Below, one piece after another: positions 50,324-60,832 of a stretch of 64,000 nt of DNA. The stretch's first letter is position 1; each line of letters starts with the position of its first letter. This DNA is from Cyanocohniella sp. LLY (GTDB lineage Bacteria; Cyanobacteriota; Cyanobacteriia; Cyanobacteriales; Nostocaceae), in contig JAKOMP010000016.1 in the NCBI GenBank assembly GCA_022241785.1, forward strand, positions 2,040 through 66,039, in the 5' to 3' direction. A program made the translations under genes and the position numbers. Below the pieces are notes generated by a model, which made no database searches, was not told where the DNA came from, and saw only the letters and a program-made list of their open reading frames with translations.

Positions 50324-51421
50324 ATGGCAGATTTCAAAGAGCAATTTGCATCATGGACACGCCGAGGCATTACTCGTCGTTATGCCATGCTTGCCTTTGG
50401 CTACGGTTTAGTATTATCTACCACATTGTTTAGTTGTAGTAGTTCACCGGATAATTCTCAGCAACAAACAGGTTCATCTGCTTCTAATGTAGCTAGTAGT
50501 AATGCACCGAATAAAGTAATTAGAATTGTTCGTTCTAAACAACTTACTTCCCTAGCTGTCTTAGAACAAAAAGGCATTTTAGCAGAAAGATTAGCCCCTT
50601 TAGGCTATAGTGTAGAGTGGCCAGAATTTGCGGCAGGGCCCCAACAATTAGAAGCTTTAAATGCAGGCGCACTGGATATTGCTTCTACAGCTGAGTCACC
50701 GCCAATTTTTTCTCAAGCAGCCGGCGCACCTCTTGTATATCTAGCGGCTAATTCTTCGGATGGACAAGCAGTTTCACTTTTAGTCCCTCAGAACTCTCCC
50801 ATTCAAAGTATCAAAGAGTTGAAAGGAAAAAAAGTAGCTTTTCAAAAGGCATCAATTGGTCATTATCTTATAGTTAGAGCCTTAGAAAGAGAAGGTCTAC
50901 AACTTAGTGATATAGAATCAGTTGCCTTAGCACCTCCAGATGCTAACGTGGCATTTAGTCAACGTAAAGTAGATGCTTGGTTTATTTGGGAACCCTTTGT
51001 TACTCGCAATGTGCAGAATGGTACAGGTAGAGTTTTGACAGATGGTGGTAATGGTTTGCGAGATACCAATAACTTTATTTCCACTAATCGTAAATTTTAT
51101 GAAGAAAATCGGGAAGTAATTAAAGTCTTTCTAGAAGAACTGCAAAAAGCTAATAATTGGGCTATAAATAACCCCAAAGAAATTGCTCAATTACTTTCTG
51201 CAACAACTCAACTTGAGCCACCAATATTAGAAATCATGCACGATAAGTATGATTTCACACTTGTCCCAATTACTGAGGCGATTATTAATAAACAACAAGA
51301 AGTTGCCGAAAAATGGTATGGACTGGGACTCATACCTAAGGAAGTCAATGTCAGAGATTCCTTCTTGACTCCCGAACAATATGCCGAAATTACACCCCAG
51401 GAAGTACGTGCAAAAAATTAG
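50324..51421 (+). CDS. ssuA: Aliphatic sulfonate ABC transporter substrate-binding lipoprotein
   Basis: LFSC lipobox, EFAAGPQQLEAL, AESPPIF, DAWFIWEP. Confidence 0.88.
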   Translation: MADFKEQFASWTRRGITRRYAMLAFGYGLVLSTTLFSCSSSPDNSQQQTGSSASNVASSNAPNKVIRIVRSKQLTSLAVLEQKGILAERLAPLGYSVEWPEFAAGPQQLEALNAGALDIASTAESPPIFSQAAGAPLVYLAANSSDGQAVSLLVPQNSPIQSIKELKGKKVAFQKASIGHYLIVRALEREGLQLSDIESVALAPPDANVAFSQRKVDAWFIWEPFVTRNVQNGTGRVLTDGGNGLRDTNNFISTNRKFYEENREVIKVFLEELQKANNWAINNPKEIAQLLSATTQLEPPILEIMHDKYDFTLVPITEAIINKQQEVAEKWYGLGLIPKEVNVRDSFLTPEQYAEITPQEVRAKN

Positions 51422-51530
51422 TAGTGGGGAAAGATATTTTAGTAGGTAAAAAATTACCTCTTTATCTCCAACTCTATGAATTTTGTGTTTCTGTGATTCA
51501 TTATTTGTAGAAAATTTTTAATAATCAATT

Positions 51531-52394
51531 ATGTCAACACTCACCTTAACTAACTTTCAAATCACCCCTCTGAATGCACCTTTAGGCGCTGTAGTTACTG
51601 GCTTAGATGCTAGTCAACAACTTAAACCTGAAGTCATATTACAACTAAAACAAACATTACGCGATCGCCACATTCTCATCTTCAAAAATCAATACCTCAC
51701 AGATGAGCAATTTTTAAACTTTGCTTTTCATTTTGGTTCACTGTTTGTCCCTCCAGATGATATACCAGTACTCGCGTCTCAGCCAGGAGTAACACCAGTA
51801 ATTATTCCCGTTTCCAATGTTGATGGTGGCTATACTGGGACTGGGGAATTAGCTTTTCATTCTGATCATAAGTGGACTCCTTATCCTTCTAGTGGTTCTT
51901 TACTTTATGCGTTGGAAGTACCCAATGAAGGCGGAGATACGTTTTGGTTAAATTTGAACTTAGCTTATGAAACTTTAGATGAAGCTACCAAGCGTCGCAT
52001 TGCTGATTTACAATTGATTACCTATAACCCATTTGTCAGGAAACCCGATACACCCCGTTCTAAATACCGTTTTGACAAGAGTATCCCCCTAATTAGTCCT
52101 GTTTTTCCTCATCCATTGGTGAGGACCCATCCAGAAAGTGGGAAGAAGATTTTATATCTTGATTACGCCACAGAAGTAGAAGTTGTTGGTTTAGATCCAC
52201 AAGAGGGATCTGAATTAATTGAACAGTTGCGCTCGCATTTACATCAACCGCAATTTTACTACCAACATAAATGGTCTGTAGGTGATATTGTTTATTGGGA
52301 TAATCAATCAACTTTACATTATCGCCAAGCATTTAACTCTCAGCAACGCCGCGTAATGAAGCGGGTAAGTTTGGCAGGTAGTCGTCCATTTTAA
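51531..52394 (+). CDS. TauD/TfdA-family Fe(II)/2-oxoglutarate dioxygenase
   Basis: FHSD, GGDT, HPLVRTHPESG, W..GD...WDN..TLH. Confidence 0.92.
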   Translation: MSTLTLTNFQITPLNAPLGAVVTGLDASQQLKPEVILQLKQTLRDRHILIFKNQYLTDEQFLNFAFHFGSLFVPPDDIPVLASQPGVTPVIIPVSNVDGGYTGTGELAFHSDHKWTPYPSSGSLLYALEVPNEGGDTFWLNLNLAYETLDEATKRRIADLQLITYNPFVRKPDTPRSKYRFDKSIPLISPVFPHPLVRTHPESGKKILYLDYATEVEVVGLDPQEGSELIEQLRSHLHQPQFYYQHKWSVGDIVYWDNQSTLHYRQAFNSQQRRVMKRVSLAGSRPF

Positions 52395-52454
52395 TATTTA
52401 CCTGTTGTCATCTTGACTTAATAATCCTCATCAGAATTAATCGCTAGTTTTGTC

Positions 52455-53516
52455 ATGGTGTTTGCTACAAAATCTTTTCAATTTAATATATTTCAGAGAT
52501 TTGTATTAGTCATATTACCTGGTTTTATGGCTATATCTACCTTAACTAGTTGCTCAAATCAAACTCCCACAGCCGAGACAAAATCGGTGGCTTTTAAAAC
52601 TCAAGTTGTGCGAATGGGATATCAAAGTTCTGGTGATATTGTCAGACTTAAAGGAGTTTTAGAAGAACGACTTACACCTTTAGATGTAAAAGTAGAGTGG
52701 GCGCAATTTCCCGCAGGTCCGCAATTAATGGAAGCCATGAATGTCGGTCATGTTGATTTAGGTTCTGTTGGTGAAACTCCTCCGATATTTGCCCAAGCTG
52801 CTGGAACTTCTTTAGTATATGTAGCTGGAAGAAAACCAACCACAGGTGAAGGTAGTGGTATTATTGTTAGAGGTGATTCTCCGATTCAAAGTGTAGCTGA
52901 CCTTAAAGGTAAAAGAGTTGTTTTTCAAAGAGGTTCAGCATCACATTATTTGTTAATTAAAGCTTTGGAAGAAGCAGGGTTGCAGTATAGTGATATTCAA
53001 CCTATTAGTATGCCTCCATCAGAAGTCCGTGCTGCTTTTATCCAAGGTAAAATTGATGCTTGGGTAACTTGGGACCCACATTTAACTTTGGTACAAAACA
53101 GTGTTGATTCCCGAATTATCAGAAATGCCAGTGGTATTGCCACTCAAGGTGGATTTTATATGGCTTCTCGGCCTTTTGCAACAGAAAATCCCGAATTAGT
53201 GCAGATAATTTTAGAAGAAATAGACAAATTAGGCGAGTGGGCAGAGAATAATACTAGTGAAGTTGCTCAATTACTTGCTCCAGAACTAAAAATTGATGTG
53301 CCAATTTTGGAAACAGTTACTGCAAGAAGAACTTATCGTTTAAGAGCAATTACTCCAGAATTAATGGCAAATCAACAAGCCATCGCTGATTTGTTTTCCA
53401 CTGAAAACATTATTCCCAACAAAATTGATATTCGGGAAGCTACTTTAACATCTGAACAGTATGCGGCTTTAACACCACCAAGACTGAGGCAAGATACTGT
53501 CACTTCTCAAAATTAA
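52455..53516 (+). CDS. ssuA: Aliphatic sulfonate ABC transporter substrate-binding lipoprotein
   Basis: LTSC lipobox, RMGYQ, FPAGPQLMEA, GETPPIFAQ, DAWVTWDP. Confidence 0.9.
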   Translation: MVFATKSFQFNIFQRFVLVILPGFMAISTLTSCSNQTPTAETKSVAFKTQVVRMGYQSSGDIVRLKGVLEERLTPLDVKVEWAQFPAGPQLMEAMNVGHVDLGSVGETPPIFAQAAGTSLVYVAGRKPTTGEGSGIIVRGDSPIQSVADLKGKRVVFQRGSASHYLLIKALEEAGLQYSDIQPISMPPSEVRAAFIQGKIDAWVTWDPHLTLVQNSVDSRIIRNASGIATQGGFYMASRPFATENPELVQIILEEIDKLGEWAENNTSEVAQLLAPELKIDVPILETVTARRTYRLRAITPELMANQQAIADLFSTENIIPNKIDIREATLTSEQYAALTPPRLRQDTVTSQN

Positions 53517-53627
53517 CTCGATAAAACCAATTCGCAATAGAGCCTCCGGATGCCGCTAGGCTGTACGCAATTCGCAATAAAGCAGCAGTAATTGTTCTCC
53601 AACTCATACCAATTTCCATCATACTAT

Positions 53628-53660
53628 AGCCCTGACTTGATTTAAGTTAGGGTTTTTTTT
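53628..53660 (+). terminator. Rho-independent terminator
   Basis: AGCCCTGACTT...AAGTTAGGGTT followed by a T-tract. Confidence 0.7.
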
Positions 53661-53715
53661 GAGCCTAATTTAATGATATTTCAACTTTCTCTTTCTGAGT
53701 AATTATGAATAATTT

Positions 53716-53772
53716 TTGACGAAGATAGATGATATATATTATAATCTACACTAAGCCTATCAGCTTATAGTA
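53716..53772 (+). promoter_or_regulatory. Sigma70-type promoter with 26-bp operator (53747-53772) immediately after the -10
   Basis: TTGACG-N18-TATAAT then TACACTAAGCCTATCAGCTTATAGTA. Confidence 0.78.
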
Positions 53773-53800
53773 CTTTGTGCAGTTTACAGGAGAAATCACC

Positions 53801-54043
53801 ATGACAGTAGCCCAACAAATCCGTATCCCCAACAATGAACAAGTCAATGCAAATGTTTTACATCAAATATCAAAATTAATTGCTGGCTTATTTAAAGGGT
53901 TATGGTGGCATCTGCAAGCTTACACATCAGTTTTTTCGATTATGCTGCTAACTTTTGCTAGTTTATTTTTTTTATATGTTCATTACTCTGGTCGAAAATT
54001 AACTCAAGTTTTGCCAAACAACATTGTTATAGAACAAAAATGA
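53801..54043 (+). CDS. Small hypothetical membrane protein
   Basis: ATG after CAGGAG; one TM segment; overlaps the next gene (ATGA). Confidence 0.6.
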   Translation: MTVAQQIRIPNNEQVNANVLHQISKLIAGLFKGLWWHLQAYTSVFSIMLLTFASLFFLYVHYSGRKLTQVLPNNIVIEQK

Positions 54044-54837
54044 ATCAATTAACAAGCTTGCAGGCTGTATCTTACTTAGCACCTAATTGGTTTGAATTAT
54101 ATCAGGCGATCGCAGCTTATTTAGGTCGTGTTTTACAAGTAGAAATTCAATTACATCAAAGTGAATACGACCCTTTAAAAGATCCTTTATTATTTCAAGA
54201 CCAAATAGACTTAGCTTTTATCTGTGGATTACCATTAATTCGTTACAGTCGAGTTGTTTTAGACCAATTGCAGACATTGATTGCACCTGTAATGCAAGCA
54301 CCTCGGTATGGTAATTGTCCGATTTACTATGCAGATGTGATTGTTAAAGCTGATAGTAATATTAAAAAGTTTGCTGATTTGTCAGGAAAGACGTTTTGCT
54401 ACAACGATTCTGGTTCTAATAGTGGTTATAATTTACTTTTTCAGCGTTTAGGTCAAGAACAATATCCACACAATTTTTTTGAAAAAACCATAGAATCAGG
54501 TTTTCATCAGCGTTCAATTCGTTGGGTGGTTGAGGGGAAAGCGGATTGTGCAGCCATTGACAGCATTGTATTAGAACAAGAATTAAAAGATTGTCCTGAA
54601 TTATCACCACATTTACGTGTAATAGAAGCAATCGGGCCTTCTCCTATGCCACCTTTAGTAGTAGCACAGCGTTTAAGTATATCTTTAATTCAGCAAATGC
54701 AGTTAGCACTACTCCAACCAGATGCAGAGTTAGAAACAGTGATGAAACAATTCGGAGTTAGACGCTTTGCTGCGGTGAAATTAGACGATTATCGGGTATT
54801 AAATCAGAATCTCTCTTTTGTTGGTTTATATTCTTAG
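54040..54837 (+). CDS. PhnD/SsuA/transferrin-family binding-protein fold without signal peptide
   Basis: SYLAPN, FICGLP, SNSGY, SG.H..SI..V..G.AD.AAIDS. Confidence 0.85.
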   Translation: MNQLTSLQAVSYLAPNWFELYQAIAAYLGRVLQVEIQLHQSEYDPLKDPLLFQDQIDLAFICGLPLIRYSRVVLDQLQTLIAPVMQAPRYGNCPIYYADVIVKADSNIKKFADLSGKTFCYNDSGSNSGYNLLFQRLGQEQYPHNFFEKTIESGFHQRSIRWVVEGKADCAAIDSIVLEQELKDCPELSPHLRVIEAIGPSPMPPLVVAQRLSISLIQQMQLALLQPDAELETVMKQFGVRRFAAVKLDDYRVLNQNLSFVGLYS

Positions 54838-54854
54838 CTGACTGGTTAGTATCG

Positions 54855-55268
54855 TCAAAACTGGGATAACAAAGCAAGAAATTCAGTTGCTTTGACAATT
54901 GTAATTGCTTGATACTTCCCTAAAGATAAAAGATGCTTGTCGCCAGTAACAATATGAGTTGCACCACCAATGACAGCACATTCAACTACCATATTGTCAT
55001 CTGGATCAGCATCTACCGCTTTCAATTCTGTAGATATTTTGACCAACCGAGAAAAGTTACGCACCTCTTCTACTGCTGCTTGTGCCATTTCTTGAGAAAA
55101 CTTAAATTTGATAATCAACTTCTCAGTAAACTCGTCTAGGATATTCTGACAAGTCACAGACTCAATTTGCCCAATCTTTGCCAGAGCTAAACATCGAAAC
55201 GGATTACTATTTGTAGATAATAAAGCAGAAATTAAAATGTTGGTATCAAAAACAGCAGTATATCGCAC
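54855..55268 (-). CDS. PIN-domain toxin (putative TA system)
   Basis: VFDTNILISAL, DPDDNMVVECA, IVTGDKHLL. Confidence 0.9.
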   Translation of the reverse strand: MRYTAVFDTNILISALLSTNSNPFRCLALAKIGQIESVTCQNILDEFTEKLIIKFKFSQEMAQAAVEEVRNFSRLVKISTELKAVDADPDDNMVVECAVIGGATHIVTGDKHLLSLGKYQAITIVKATEFLALLSQF

Positions 55269-55507
55269 TAATCCTCATGTACCACGTCGTTAATCAAAGC
55301 TTCTCGCTCATCCTCAGTCATTGTATCCCAGTTATGTCCTCGTTCTTGAGCAACAATTCTGGCTCTATCCGCTCCATATTGCGATAGAGATTCCCACTGT
55401 CCCCACTGTTGTAGCAGTAAAAATCTAAACACTTCAATCTGTTGTTCGGTGGGTAGTTGTTTGACTAACTCAACAACTTGCTCATTAGTCAGAGTGAAAG
55501 TAGGCAT
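55268..55507 (-). CDS. Putative antitoxin
   Basis: Small acidic ORF translationally coupled upstream of the PIN gene. Confidence 0.75.
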   Translation of the reverse strand: MPTFTLTNEQVVELVKQLPTEQQIEVFRFLLLQQWGQWESLSQYGADRARIVAQERGHNWDTMTEDEREALINDVVHED

Positions 55508-55553
55508 TTTTTACCTTTAGGATGTTGTAAAACTACTTCTACTTCAATCTTAT

Positions 55554-55645
55554 AGGACTTACGCACTCGCCACGAAAATAAAGGCTTTGAGATTGCTTCC
55601 CTACGGTCGCAATGACGGAAATGCGTGGTTGGTTACGTAAGTCCT
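55554..55645. mobile_element. MITE-like element with AGGACTTACG terminal inverted repeats (copy 1)
   Basis: AGGACTTACGCA...TACGTAAGTCCT; near-identical inverted copy at 59394-59508. Confidence 0.85.
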
Positions 55646-55697
55646 GTCTTATTATCAATCCTAGTAGTCCACCACGCAAATTATTCTGCACTAGTTT

Positions 55698-56945
55698 TTA
55701 AGATACGGCATACATCAAAATTTGTTTTTGTGTCCCCAACACCGCATGATGATAGACTTGCTCAAATAAAACTCGCTGTGCATGACTTCCACCAATTTCA
55801 TGCAAGTGTGGTAAAACTAATTGCAGTTGTGTCACAGTTGTCTGAAAATCTCCTTGGGCATGGGCTACCATAGCTTTAGCTGCGGGAATTGCCACTTCTA
55901 ACCAACCGCGCCGCAAGAAAGGATTAATACTTAAAGCGTGATACTGCATACTTTGCAGCATTTCTTTCACCCAATCATTGTGTCCAGCTTTAGCTAAGGC
56001 GTAAACATAATGCAAATCCTGGAATGGTAATGCGTGTTCATCAATACGGCTGTATAAATAAGGACTAATACTTTGCCAACGATCGCCTACATTTACTCCA
56101 CGTAATTCCAGCCGTAACAATATTGAAATTGCCCCTACTTGGTCTTTAGGAGATTGTTTATTAGCACGTTGCCAAATGTGATTATCGTATAGTGAAAGAA
56201 CTTTTTGATAGTTTTCTAGTTTCAAATAAAATAAGGCAATGTGCCACCAATTATGGGTATAAAGCATAGAATTGCAGTTTTCCCAAGTATCTGCATAGCT
56301 TTCCATCCAAACTATACCCTCACTCACTCTCCCTTGAGTTTCCATGACATGACTAATTGCATGATGCGCCCAAGGATCATTTCTATTGAAAGCGATCGCC
56401 TGACGTGCCATTTTTTCTGCTGCTTTCAATTGATGGCATTGTTCTAAACCAAAAGCTACCATCCCATATAAATAATGATGCTGGGGATTGCTAGGTAAAA
56501 CTTTCTGGGCAATTTCGAGTAACTTTTCTTTATTACCTGTATAAAAATAATGATATTGTCCCTGCTGTACAGAGATTAAATCACGGGGAAATTTGTTAGC
56601 AATTTCTTCATGCAAGGCGATCGCTACATCAATTTCTTTGTTAGCCCAAGCCAAAATCGCCTGCACATATAACTGTTCTCGGTCAGTAATCTTAGTTAAA
56701 TTCCGTTGTGCTACTTGCAAATATGGTTGCGCTTGCTGCCAAGCCTTGCTGTTTTCTTGGGTGAGATAATAAGCACCTGCATAAGCATGAGCTAAAACAC
56801 AAGTTGGATCGGCTTCAATTGCTTGTAAAATCGCGGTTTCTGCATCTTTGCCATAACCAAGAGCTTGATCAATAAAACGGTTAATAGCTGCGATCGCCTG
56901 GGCTGAATCTGTCGTTACTACCAATCCTTGTGCATCTTCAAGCAT
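55698..56945 (-). CDS. TPR protein (TTC38-like)
   Basis: AFGLEQ, DPWAHHAISHVME, THNWWH.AL, IGGSHAQR. Confidence 0.85.
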   Translation of the reverse strand: MLEDAQGLVVTTDSAQAIAAINRFIDQALGYGKDAETAILQAIEADPTCVLAHAYAGAYYLTQENSKAWQQAQPYLQVAQRNLTKITDREQLYVQAILAWANKEIDVAIALHEEIANKFPRDLISVQQGQYHYFYTGNKEKLLEIAQKVLPSNPQHHYLYGMVAFGLEQCHQLKAAEKMARQAIAFNRNDPWAHHAISHVMETQGRVSEGIVWMESYADTWENCNSMLYTHNWWHIALFYLKLENYQKVLSLYDNHIWQRANKQSPKDQVGAISILLRLELRGVNVGDRWQSISPYLYSRIDEHALPFQDLHYVYALAKAGHNDWVKEMLQSMQYHALSINPFLRRGWLEVAIPAAKAMVAHAQGDFQTTVTQLQLVLPHLHEIGGSHAQRVLFEQVYHHAVLGTQKQILMYAVS

Positions 56946-56985
56946 GATGAATTCCTTACAGCAAGAATATAAAAGGTTTATAAAG

Positions 56986-57011
56986 TACGGTAAGTCTGTC
57001 GGAATGATGTA
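56986..57011. promoter_or_regulatory. 26-bp palindromic operator (TPR/ssuD divergent region, site 1)
   Basis: TACGGTAAGTCTGTCGGAATGATGTA. Confidence 0.8.
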
Positions 57012-57061
57012 CTTACAAACTAGAGTATGTCACAGCGATCACAAAACCGCAAGGGATAAAC

Positions 57062-57087
57062 TACTGTAAGTTGATAAAGATGCCGTA
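57062..57087. promoter_or_regulatory. 26-bp palindromic operator (site 2)
   Basis: TACTGTAAGTTGATAAAGATGCCGTA. Confidence 0.8.
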
Positions 57088-57151
57088 TTTATTTTGCCCA
57101 AACTATTGCTTTGTAGAAAAACCTATGCGATAGTCAGAGTAACTCAAATAA

Positions 57152-57177
57152 TCCGGTAACTCGATAAACTTACCGTA
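57152..57177. promoter_or_regulatory. 26-bp palindromic operator (site 3, upstream of ssuD)
   Basis: TCCGGTAACTCGATAAACTTACCGTA. Confidence 0.82.
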
Positions 57178-57216
57178 TTTAAAATCTAGGAAATATTGCA
57201 GCTACTCTGAGATATC

Positions 57217-58362
57217 ATGCAGCTACTTTGGTTTATTCCCACTCACGGAGAAGGACGCTACTTAGGCACTGCCATAGGTGGACGGTCAGTCAACTTTGAT
57301 TATTGGCGACAGATTGCTCAAGCAGTAGATCATTTAGGATTCACAGGGGCATTATTACCTACAGGGCGTTCATGTGAGGACGCTTGGGTTTTAGCATCAA
57401 CCTTGGTGACATATACCAAGCAGATGAAATTTTTAGTCGCCATCCGTCCGGGATTGATGTCACCGGGAGTAGCAGCAAGAATGGCAGCCACCTTTGATCG
57501 CATATCTGGTGGTAGATTACTAATTAACGTAGTTACAGGCGGTGATCCTGTAGAATTAGCTGGAGATGGCTTACATCTTTCTCATGACGATCGCTACAAA
57601 TTAACAGATGAATTTTTAGCAGCTTGGCGACAGATAGCAGCCGGAGAAACAGCAGACCTCGAGGGAGATTATCTGAATATTCAAGGTGGAAAACTCTTAT
57701 TTCCTCCAGTACAGAAACCACATCCGCCTTTATGGTTTGGTGGTTCCTCTCCCATCGCCCAAGAAATAGCTGCCAAACACGTAGATGTATATTTAACCTG
57801 GGGCGAAACGCCAGAACAAGTAGCCCAAAAAATTGCCTCTGTACGCCAAAAAGCAGAAGCCCAAGGCAGAACATTACGCTTTGGTATTCGTCTCCACGTC
57901 ATTGTGCGAGAAACAGAAAGTAAAGCCTGGGATGCAGCCAACGACTTAATTCGCTACGTAGACGAAGAAGCGATCGCCAAAACCCAACAAGCTTACGCCC
58001 GCATGGACTCCGAAGGACAACGCCGGATGAAAGAACTACACAACGGGTCGCGTGAAGCCCTAGAAATCAGCCCGAACTTGTGGGCAGGAATTGGCTTAGT
58101 CCGTGGTGGTGCCGGTACAGCCCTAGTAGGCGACCCCGATACAGTAGCCCAAAGAATGTTGGAATATCAAAAATTAGGCATTGATACCTTCATCTTCTCT
58201 GGTTATCCCCACCTAGAAGAAGCCTACCGAGTAGCGGAACTACTATTCCCTCGCTTACCCCTAGAAAATCAACCAATAGTTCAACCACAATTATTTAGTC
58301 CCTTTGGTGAAATCGTCGCCAACCGAGAATTCCCCAAACAACGAATCGCCACCGTAGACTAA
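57217..58362 (+). CDS. ssuD: FMNH2-dependent alkanesulfonate monooxygenase
   Basis: [62 protein letters not shown]. Confidence 0.97.
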   Translation: MQLLWFIPTHGEGRYLGTAIGGRSVNFDYWRQIAQAVDHLGFTGALLPTGRSCEDAWVLASTLVTYTKQMKFLVAIRPGLMSPGVAARMAATFDRISGGRLLINVVTGGDPVELAGDGLHLSHDDRYKLTDEFLAAWRQIAAGETADLEGDYLNIQGGKLLFPPVQKPHPPLWFGGSSPIAQEIAAKHVDVYLTWGETPEQVAQKIASVRQKAEAQGRTLRFGIRLHVIVRETESKAWDAANDLIRYVDEEAIAKTQQAYARMDSEGQRRMKELHNGSREALEISPNLWAGIGLVRGGAGTALVGDPDTVAQRMLEYQKLGIDTFIFSGYPHLEEAYRVAELLFPRLPLENQPIVQPQLFSPFGEIVANREFPKQRIATVD

Positions 58363-58375
58363 AATCCCCTCCGTT

Positions 58376-58465
58376 TATACCAATTCGCAATTCGCAATTT
58401 AAAAACTTAGATGTAGTAAAGTTTTCAATGGTTACATCCATATCAAGTTTTTTGTGAAATGGTAT
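58376..58465. repeat. MITE-like repeat (ATACCA/TGGTAT ends, internal CAATTCG heptamers)
   Basis: Homologous to the reverse complement of 3712-3784. Confidence 0.65.
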
Positions 58466-58504
58466 CACCTCTGCGTTTAAAAATCCTCAAAGGTCTAACC
58501 TAAA

Positions 58505-59071
58505 ATGACAAATATCTTAGCGATCGCCGGCAGTCCCTCCCATCCTTCCAGAACCTACGCCATCCTAGAAAAAGCTGCCAAAACCCTATCACAGCAAGAA
58601 TTAAATATAGATATCATCTCAGTACGAGATATACCCGCCGAAGACTTAGCCTATGGACGTTATGATAGTGCTGCTTTAGAAAAACCAAAAGCTCTACTAG
58701 AAAAAGCAAGCGGCGTAATTATCGCTACGCCCATATATAAAGCAGCCTACACAGGCGTACTCAAAGCATTTTTAGATTTACTACCCCAGAAAGCATTGAT
58801 AGGCAAAGTCGTCTTACCAATAGCCACAGGTGGAACCATAGCGCATTTATTATCAGTAGAGTATGCCTTAAAACCTGTGTTATCAGAACTAGGCGCACGG
58901 CATATCTTGAGTACCGTGTATGCAGTCGATAAACAAATTCAAATTCAGCCAGATGGTAGCGTGCAACTCGATGAAGAAATAGACCAAAGATTGCAAGATG
59001 TCCTCAAAGAGTTTGCTCAAGCAGTGAATTACTCCCAGAATGCTGCCAAAGAATTTGCCCATGCTGGCTAG
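58505..59071 (+). CDS. ssuE: NADPH-dependent FMN reductase
   Basis: AGSPSHPSRT, ATPIYKAAYTGVLKAFLDLLP, ATGGT.AH. Confidence 0.95.
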   Translation: MTNILAIAGSPSHPSRTYAILEKAAKTLSQQELNIDIISVRDIPAEDLAYGRYDSAALEKPKALLEKASGVIIATPIYKAAYTGVLKAFLDLLPQKALIGKVVLPIATGGTIAHLLSVEYALKPVLSELGARHILSTVYAVDKQIQIQPDGSVQLDEEIDQRLQDVLKEFAQAVNYSQNAAKEFAHAG

Positions 59072-59393
59072 TTAATTAGAGTTTCCCTTACTCCCTTCTC
59101 AATAGCGGTTGGGTGATTGCCATCCATCTGCTATTTTTTATAAATTTTACAATTTTTCTGATGAGTTAGGTCGGTCGCAGATATTGTTGAGCATCTGCGA
59201 TCGCTTTTTTATGTGTCAGTACGTCGATAGCCTTCTACTTGATGATTCTCAGGTATGGACAAGTCCCTTATTTATTTCTTTTGATATTTTGTATTTCATG
59301 TATCAAGCTAATATATGTTTACTGTTTTGTTTATCTAATAATTCGTTCAGCTAATCATTTGCTTAACATTATTATAGTTTCTATAAATTACTC

Positions 59394-59508
59394 AGGACTT
59401 ACGTAACCAACCACGTATTTCCGTCATTGCGACAGTAGGGTTCGCGTAGCGTGCCGGAGGCTCTAGCAATCTCAAGTCCTTGATTTTCGTGGCGAGTGCG
59501 TAAGTCCT
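59394..59508. mobile_element. MITE-like element copy 2 with a nested SDR insertion
   Basis: Inverted copy of 55554-55645 plus TTCGCGTAGCGTGCCGGAGGCTCT insert. Confidence 0.85.
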
Positions 59509-59689
59509 ATTACTAAAAATACTTAAAAAAATAGTCTATTTTTTATCAAATTATCGCTAAAAAGGTCGCCTTTACAAAGCTTACGTTTTTTAAAAGTTAT
59601 GACATCATCATATTCTTGATTGAGATTATGGTGAATATCTTGCTATTTCATAAAGTTATCTGTAATATCGATTACTAAGTCCCCGTAAA

Positions 59690-59715
59690 TACTAAAACTT
59701 GATCGATTATTTGTA
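59690..59715. promoter_or_regulatory. 26-bp palindromic operator upstream of sbp
   Basis: TACTAAAACTTGATCGATTATTTGTA; core AAACTTGATCGA shared with the 40907 site. Confidence 0.75.
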
Positions 59716-59742
59716 GATTAACCCAAGGAGCCTAGAATCAGG

Positions 59743-60810
59743 ATGTGGCTGGATAAATGGAATCGATGGAAACGTACATCTTTAAAAAGTTTTATTTCAC
59801 TGTTTTTGGTAGCAGTCAGCTTGACTGTCACGACTGCATCTTGCTCTCCTGGTAATGGTGGGGGGGCTTCTGGAACCAAAGAAATTACCCTAGTTAGCTA
59901 CGCCGTTACCCGGGCCGCCTATGAAAATATTATTCCTCTGTTTACCAAACAGTGGCAAGAGAAAACCGGAGAGACCGTTACCTTTGACCAAAGCTACGGC
60001 GGCTCAGGCTCCCAAACTCGTGCAGTAATTGACGGCTTAGAAGCAGACGTTGTTGCCCTAGCACTATCAGCAGATACTTTACAAATCCAGGATGCCGGAT
60101 TAATTCAGCCAGGCTGGGAGAAAAAGACCCCCGATGGCGACGGTATTGTCCACCGCTCTGTGGGCGTAATCGTTACCCGTGAAGGCAACCCCAAAAATAT
60201 TCAAGACTGGGATGATTTAGCCCGCGATGATGTCAGTGTAATCACCGCTAACCCTAAAACCTCTGGTGGCGCTCGTTGGAACTACATGGCACTATGGGGG
60301 AAGATAACCAAAACAGGTGGTACTGAAGCACAAGCCAAAGAATTTGTGACTAAAGTCTATGCCAATGTGCCGGTGCTGCCAAGAGATGCCCGTGAAGCCA
60401 CTGACGCATTCTTTGCTCAAAATCAGGGAGATGCCCTCATCAACTATGAGAACGAAGTTATCTTAGCTAAACAGCAGGGACAGGATTTACCCTACGTAGT
60501 TCCTGATATCAATATTTCCATCGATAACCCCATTGCCATAGTCGATAGCTACGTTGATAAGCGAGGAACCCGCGAAGTAGCAGAAGCCTTTGTCCAGTTT
60601 CTCTTTACCCCCGAAGCCCAGCGCGAATTTGCCAAAGTAGGCTTCCGACCGGTGGTACCAGAAGTAGTCGCGGAATTTGCCGATAAATATCCCAAAATCT
60701 CCACCCTGTTCACTATCGACGATTTTGGCGGCTGGAATCAAGTCAGTCCCAAGTTCTTTGCTGACGGCGCAATTTTTGACGACATCCAGGCTAATATTGC
60801 CCGACGCTAG
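59743..60810 (+). CDS. sbp: Sulfate ABC transporter substrate-binding protein
   Basis: SYGGSGSQ.RAVIDGLEAD, NPKTSGGARWN, YENE. Confidence 0.95.
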   Translation: MWLDKWNRWKRTSLKSFISLFLVAVSLTVTTASCSPGNGGGASGTKEITLVSYAVTRAAYENIIPLFTKQWQEKTGETVTFDQSYGGSGSQTRAVIDGLEADVVALALSADTLQIQDAGLIQPGWEKKTPDGDGIVHRSVGVIVTREGNPKNIQDWDDLARDDVSVITANPKTSGGARWNYMALWGKITKTGGTEAQAKEFVTKVYANVPVLPRDAREATDAFFAQNQGDALINYENEVILAKQQGQDLPYVVPDINISIDNPIAIVDSYVDKRGTREVAEAFVQFLFTPEAQREFAKVGFRPVVPEVVAEFADKYPKISTLFTIDDFGGWNQVSPKFFADGAIFDDIQANIARR

Positions 60811-60832
60811 CGTCTCACTCATATCCTTAGCC

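Noticed and set aside
59109..59354. 81-aa intergenic ORF (also 19751-19969, 45675-45869, 55625-55873)
   Set aside because: No recognisable motifs; they overlap terminators, MITEs or gene debris.
60677..60832. Long N-terminus of CysT overlapping sbp
   Set aside because: Overlaps the sbp coding region; ATG 60833 gives a normal CysT.
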